Position numbers and translations under genes: made by a program
In this document: one piece after another, positions 55,470 through 59,477 of the stretch
Numbering within the stretch: the first letter of the stretch is position 1
Layout: every line of letters starts with the position of its first letter
Notes under the pieces: model-generated
The model's database searches: none
Seen by the model: the letters and a program-made list of their open reading frames with translations, nothing else
What the model was told of the DNA's origin: nothing
From: a virus
Virus record (IMG/VR): IMGVR_UViG_3300022851_000003
Length of the DNA stretch: 59,477 nt
Strand: one strand, 5' to 3'

Positions 55470-55690
55470 TCCAACTCCCTTGGCAAATCATTGCCGCGTC
55501 CATTGCGTTGTTCGGCCTGCATTTAATCATCGGCTACCTCCGCCGGACCAACTGCGACGAGCGGATCGAAGTTGCCAAGCGGCAACAGCACCGCGATTCG
55601 ATAAGCATCTATCGCGAAGCCTATCTGGCGGGATGGGTCCACGGGGACCAGGACTCAACCAAACTCACAGAGGAGATCGACCGTGCGTGA
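55466..55690 (+). CDS. small membrane protein (holin- or spanin-like candidate)
   Basis: 74 aa with N-terminal helix WQIIAASIALFGLHLIIGYL and charged C-terminus. Confidence 0.45.
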   Translation: MIQLPWQIIAASIALFGLHLIIGYLRRTNCDERIEVAKRQQHRDSISIYREAYLAGWVHGDQDSTKLTEEIDRA

Positions 55691-56927
55691 TTTTATCCTG
55701 ATTGTCTTGCTTTTTTTGCCGGTGCCTGTATTTGCGCAACCGCAGACGTCATTGGGTCGCATCTCGCAATCCAACATTGGCCGGCAGACCGACGCATCAA
55801 TCGGGCTAGTCCGGCTGAAGTCGGACCAACCGATCCCGGCGGCAGTGAGAGAGGCGGCGAAGTCAGTCTGCCGCGTGAATATCCGTGGCCGTGACGGCGG
55901 CGGTTACGCAGGATCGGGAACGTACATTGGCGAACGAACGATCGTCACAGCTCGGCATGTTGTCGCCGAAGGCGTTTTGACCACGACCACTGTTGACTTC
56001 GCAGGTCAGGTTTTCTCCGGTCGCGGATTCCTGGCGAACAAGACGGCCGATCAGTATTTGATTCAGATTGCCGAGACGCCCAACGTTCGGCCGATCCCGC
56101 TTGCCAGCCGACAGCCCGAACCGGGTGAAGTCGTCTTCGTCATGGGATTCGGCCACAACAAGTTTGACATTTGGTCGGCTCGTCTCACGTCCTACGGCTC
56201 AGCGGTTAGCCAACAAGACTCAGGGTTTTACACAGGCCGACGAAGCCGATCGGGCGACAGTGGCGGGGCGGTACTCAACGCGGCTGGCGAATACGTAGGC
56301 ACGATTTGGGGCGGAGGCAAGAACGACGCTGTTGCGGTCACGTACACACAGACTCGATCGTTTTTTCAGCGGTCAGGATTGCTCGGTCGATTGTTCGGCA
56401 GACGTGGCACGCCGGTGACCGAGGAGCAAACGATCACCGCAGGATGTTTCGGTGGCCAATGCACGCCACGCCCAAGACAACCATCACCGCAGCCATCGCC
56501 GCAGCCATCAACGAACGATCAAGGCTACGTGCCTGGGCCTGACTACTTTGGACAGCCGCCATCTAATCCGCCGGTGGACGCGCCGGCACCTTCTCTTGAT
56601 GTCGACGGACTGGTCGACGCGATCGCGGATCGAATCGGCACTCCGAAGTGTGAGTGTGATTGTGAATCAAAGCCGGGGGCACCTGGGCCGGTTGGCCCCA
56701 AGGGCGATGCCGGGCCACGCGGGCCGCCCGGTGATTCGGCAAGCATCACGCAAGAGCAACTCGAACAAGTTGCGGTCATGGTTCTTAGGCAGATGCCGAA
56801 GCCATCTCCGCAACGAGTCATGCTCGTCAATGGTGCAACCGGCAAAGTACTCGACGACGAAACATACCAAGATGGCGAACCGATCGTGATCGATTTCCAA
56901 AGGGTCATCAATGCCGCAACCAAATGA
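55683..56927 (+). CDS. secreted trypsin-like serine protease with collagen-like repeat
   Basis: Signal-peptide-like ILIVLLFLPVPVFAQP; His motif TARHV; Ser motif GDSGGAV; GAPGPVGPKGDAGPRGPPGD and QPSPQPSPQPS repeats. Confidence 0.65.
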   Translation: MRDFILIVLLFLPVPVFAQPQTSLGRISQSNIGRQTDASIGLVRLKSDQPIPAAVREAAKSVCRVNIRGRDGGGYAGSGTYIGERTIVTARHVVAEGVLTTTTVDFAGQVFSGRGFLANKTADQYLIQIAETPNVRPIPLASRQPEPGEVVFVMGFGHNKFDIWSARLTSYGSAVSQQDSGFYTGRRSRSGDSGGAVLNAAGEYVGTIWGGGKNDAVAVTYTQTRSFFQRSGLLGRLFGRRGTPVTEEQTITAGCFGGQCTPRPRQPSPQPSPQPSTNDQGYVPGPDYFGQPPSNPPVDAPAPSLDVDGLVDAIADRIGTPKCECDCESKPGAPGPVGPKGDAGPRGPPGDSASITQEQLEQVAVMVLRQMPKPSPQRVMLVNGATGKVLDDETYQDGEPIVIDFQRVINAATK

Positions 56928-56988
56928 AGAAGCGTGCAAAACCCCCGAACAATTATTGCACTTAGTCACCGCGCTGAAAGGTGAATAA

Positions 56989-57294
56989 GTGCCAGCCGAG
57001 CAATTGCCAGAAAGCCCCGTCATTGGCGATGGGGTTGTAACGTTACCTCCAATCGAAAGAGAAATTGCAATGGACATTTCCCCAGGCTTCGGAACCTTGC
57101 TGATGAATGAATCGGCGGGCAACGTGCAAAACACCAACCTCAGCGGCCGAAACATCGCGAACATCGCAATGGGTTCGCTTCAAGCCGGTGTGGCCCGGAC
57201 TCATAACGAAATGGGCACGGAAGAAAGTCGTGCGATCAGTGGTGTGATGGCCACGCCGATTGCCCCGCCTTCGATGCAACCCGCTGGCGCTTAA
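56989..57294 (+). CDS. hypothetical protein
   Basis: 101-aa ORF. Confidence 0.4.
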   Translation: MPAEQLPESPVIGDGVVTLPPIEREIAMDISPGFGTLLMNESAGNVQNTNLSGRNIANIAMGSLQAGVARTHNEMGTEESRAISGVMATPIAPPSMQPAGA

Positions 57295-57564
57295 GTGAGT
57301 GAGTTTGACGACGCCGCACAGGCGATCATCAAAGCAAACCAACAAGCTCGTGAGGGTTTCCATGCGAAATCCTTGCAGCTTGTTTCTTCCATTCTTGCAG
57401 ACACGGAGAAAGAACTTGACGACTTCAACGCCGGACTGGAAGAAGAGATTCGAGACATTTTTGCACGGTCGGGGGAAGATCCAACAGCTAGCGGAACTGA
57501 CGGCAGTGGAGTCGATGCAAGCGACAGCGGAGGAGCAACGCAAGAATCAGGAAGCGGAATCTAG
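57295..57564 (+). CDS. hypothetical helical protein
   Basis: 89-aa ORF. Confidence 0.4.
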   Translation: MSEFDDAAQAIIKANQQAREGFHAKSLQLVSSILADTEKELDDFNAGLEEEIRDIFARSGEDPTASGTDGSGVDASDSGGATQESGSGI

Positions 57565-57883
57565 CAAAGTAAGAAAACAGCTTTGGGATTGGGATGAGTC
57601 CGTGAAAGACGATGACGAAATGAGGCAAACAATCTTGGGCGATACCAACACGACATACCCCGCGCCGATCATCATGCAATCGCCGCCTCAGCAGGAAAAG
57701 CAATCACTGTTGCCCGCCGTAGCGATGGCCGCAGTCGCCGGTCTCGGCGGATACCTACTCGCGAATCACGATGACTCGCCGACACCAACGCCGCCCCCAG
57801 TGGCCCCGGTCAACTACACGGACGAAACAATCTCAGTCGGCCTTGGTCGCATTGAGGACTACCTCAAGAGCGATCCCAGATGA
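57515..57883 (+). CDS. membrane protein (start uncertain)
   Basis: Frame of ORF 57299-57883; internal ATG at 57515; helix LLPAVAMAAVAGLGGYLLA. Confidence 0.35.
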   Translation: MQATAEEQRKNQEAESSKVRKQLWDWDESVKDDDEMRQTILGDTNTTYPAPIIMQSPPQQEKQSLLPAVAMAAVAGLGGYLLANHDDSPTPTPPPVAPVNYTDETISVGLGRIEDYLKSDPR

Positions 57884-58278
57884 CAGTTTCAGAAGTAATC
57901 GAAAAGGCTTTCAATTACGGACTACCGACAGTTTTGTTAATCGGACTTGTATTCGGGATCGTGAAAGCAGTCGCATGGCTGGGGCCGAATTTCCTGACGC
58001 CGATCAAAGATCAGATCGTTATCCACCTTTCTAAGTTGGACTCGGCGATTGACTCAATGATGTTACTGATTCGTGGCCAAACGGACGCACTCGAGAAACA
58101 AAACCACGTTCTGCACCGGGTCGAAACGAGCATCGAGGAAGCAGGCAACGACGCTCACAGCAACACCGAAGTGCTCAACAGGATCGATCGCAACGTGCAA
58201 GACATCAAGCGAAACGCGACACGATTTTTTGAAGAATCACATACTGACTTTGAGCGGCATCACGACGACGAAGATTGA
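57880..58278 (+). CDS. membrane protein with N-terminal TM helix
   Basis: GLPTVLLIGLVFGIVKAVAWLG then coiled-coil-like region. Confidence 0.45.
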   Translation: MTVSEVIEKAFNYGLPTVLLIGLVFGIVKAVAWLGPNFLTPIKDQIVIHLSKLDSAIDSMMLLIRGQTDALEKQNHVLHRVETSIEEAGNDAHSNTEVLNRIDRNVQDIKRNATRFFEESHTDFERHHDDED

Positions 58279-58337
58279 ACCCGCACCAGCCTCCTTAGCC
58301 CACTACGCATCCAAAACCGCCTACTCCGACTTTTCTA

Positions 58338-59357
58338 ATGTCTGGCACATCCCTCGATCTATCGCAAATTCGCACCGACGCTCTCACGAGCGCCGCGACG
58401 TTTCGGACGTTGATCGGTGTGTACTCGACTGCGGACGTCGATGGGCTGATCGCTGCGATTACAGCGTTGACAAGCGAGGACATTGACACCCTTGCTGAAA
58501 TCAACGCGATCATTGGAGATGCCGATGTTGCGTCAGTGTCTTATGTCGATGGACTGGCAGCGAACTACGCCACAGCGGCACAGGGGGCACTTGCTGACAC
58601 CGCGTTGCAATCCGCCGACATCACAAGCGGTGCGATCACGGCGGGGACGGGAGACATTGATTTTGACGCTCTAGGTGGTGCAGGGTCGCCTCTTGTTTTG
58701 ACTGCTTCACTAGCGACTGAAGTCCCTCTAACAGTCAAAGCCGCAGCAAGTCAAACGGCCAACTTGACTGAGTGGCAGGATAATGCTGGGACTAATCTGA
58801 CTTGGGTCGACAAACTCGGTAATATCTATCTACAAGGTGCAGCCAGTAGATTATTTCGAATTTATATGGAAGGTTCTAACCCGGTACTAGATGCCACTGT
58901 CGGAGCTGCGTCTGCGAGGATAAGCCTAAAAGGCGCGCCTGTTAGACTGATGGGAAACGTGGAGTTTAGCAACGTAACAAACCAGATAATGGCTCAAATA
59001 ATCACGAGTAGTTTTGACGTCCAACTGATCGGTAATACCGCTGGTAGTTTCTCTATATCTATTCCACAATCGAGCAACGGAAACCAAGGCAATGAAACTC
59101 TCTCGATCACTGGACAAACAGCCGAGGAACTTTCTACCAATGTAATTGTTGGCGGCGATGTCGTGATAACGGCTGGTGACGGAGCATCAGCTAGTGCCGG
59201 TGCTGCTGACGGAGGTGATTTAATTCTCCAAGGTGGTACAGGATACGGGACCGGGAGACAAGGGCTTATACTGGCTAGCAATTTACCTACGTCTGATCCC
59301 ACCGTTGCCGGAGCACTTTGGAACGACAGCGGCACTCTTAAAATATCAGTAGGTTAA
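58338..59357 (+). CDS. tail-fibre-like protein
   Basis: Ala/Thr/Gly/Ser-rich 339-aa ORF ending AGALWNDSGTLKISVG; stop lies in the terminal overlap. Confidence 0.5.
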   Translation: MSGTSLDLSQIRTDALTSAATFRTLIGVYSTADVDGLIAAITALTSEDIDTLAEINAIIGDADVASVSYVDGLAANYATAAQGALADTALQSADITSGAITAGTGDIDFDALGGAGSPLVLTASLATEVPLTVKAAASQTANLTEWQDNAGTNLTWVDKLGNIYLQGAASRLFRIYMEGSNPVLDATVGAASARISLKGAPVRLMGNVEFSNVTNQIMAQIITSSFDVQLIGNTAGSFSISIPQSSNGNQGNETLSITGQTAEELSTNVIVGGDVVITAGDGASASAGAADGGDLILQGGTGYGTGRQGLILASNLPTSDPTVAGALWNDSGTLKISVG

Positions 59358-59477
59358 ATAATGGCAGACTCAGTAAGAATCCAAATCATCCGAGACGACG
59401 TCGTCGTAGACGACTCATCGGCGGTCCTCGGATCAATGCAAGACGGGACCAAAGTGCTTGACGCAATGGTCGCCGCG
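59351..59477. repeat. terminal overlap copy 2
   Basis: Identical to 1-127. Confidence 0.95.

Larger units (their letters stand above)
1..59350. mobile_element. complete temperate phage genome unit (circularly closed assembly)
   Basis: Terminase, portal-like, fibre-like, integrase, RecT and exonuclease genes in modular order; window ends repeat the window start. Confidence 0.8.

Overview
The window is one complete genome unit of a temperate tailed phage from a GC-rich host, assembled with a 127-bp terminal overlap (positions 1-127 are identical to 59351-59477, giving a unit of 59,350 bp). A plus-strand late/structural arc runs from about 44.9 kb across the window end to 19.6 kb. It contains a large terminase interrupted by an intein with a LAGLIDADG homing endonuclease, a portal-like protein, a secreted trypsin-like protease, a tail-fibre-like protein, two cysteine-rich proteins, a sulfotransferase and a 1498-aa protein. 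A minus-strand early/lysogeny arc (19.7-35.7 kb) carries a tyrosine integrase with an attP-like site built on a tRNA 3' fragment, an excisionase-like gene, a CsrA homologue coupled to an exonuclease-RecT pair, a MazG-like gene, and a four-gene operon with a DNA methyltransferase and a PAPS-reductase-like enzyme. A plus-strand middle region (35.9-44.4 kb) carries a DUF932 protein, a DnaN-like sliding clamp, a serine recombinase, and a 22-bp motif repeated upstream of at least six genes. Most structural-gene functions are assigned from position and composition only; all calls are from reading the sequence and ORF track, with no database search run.
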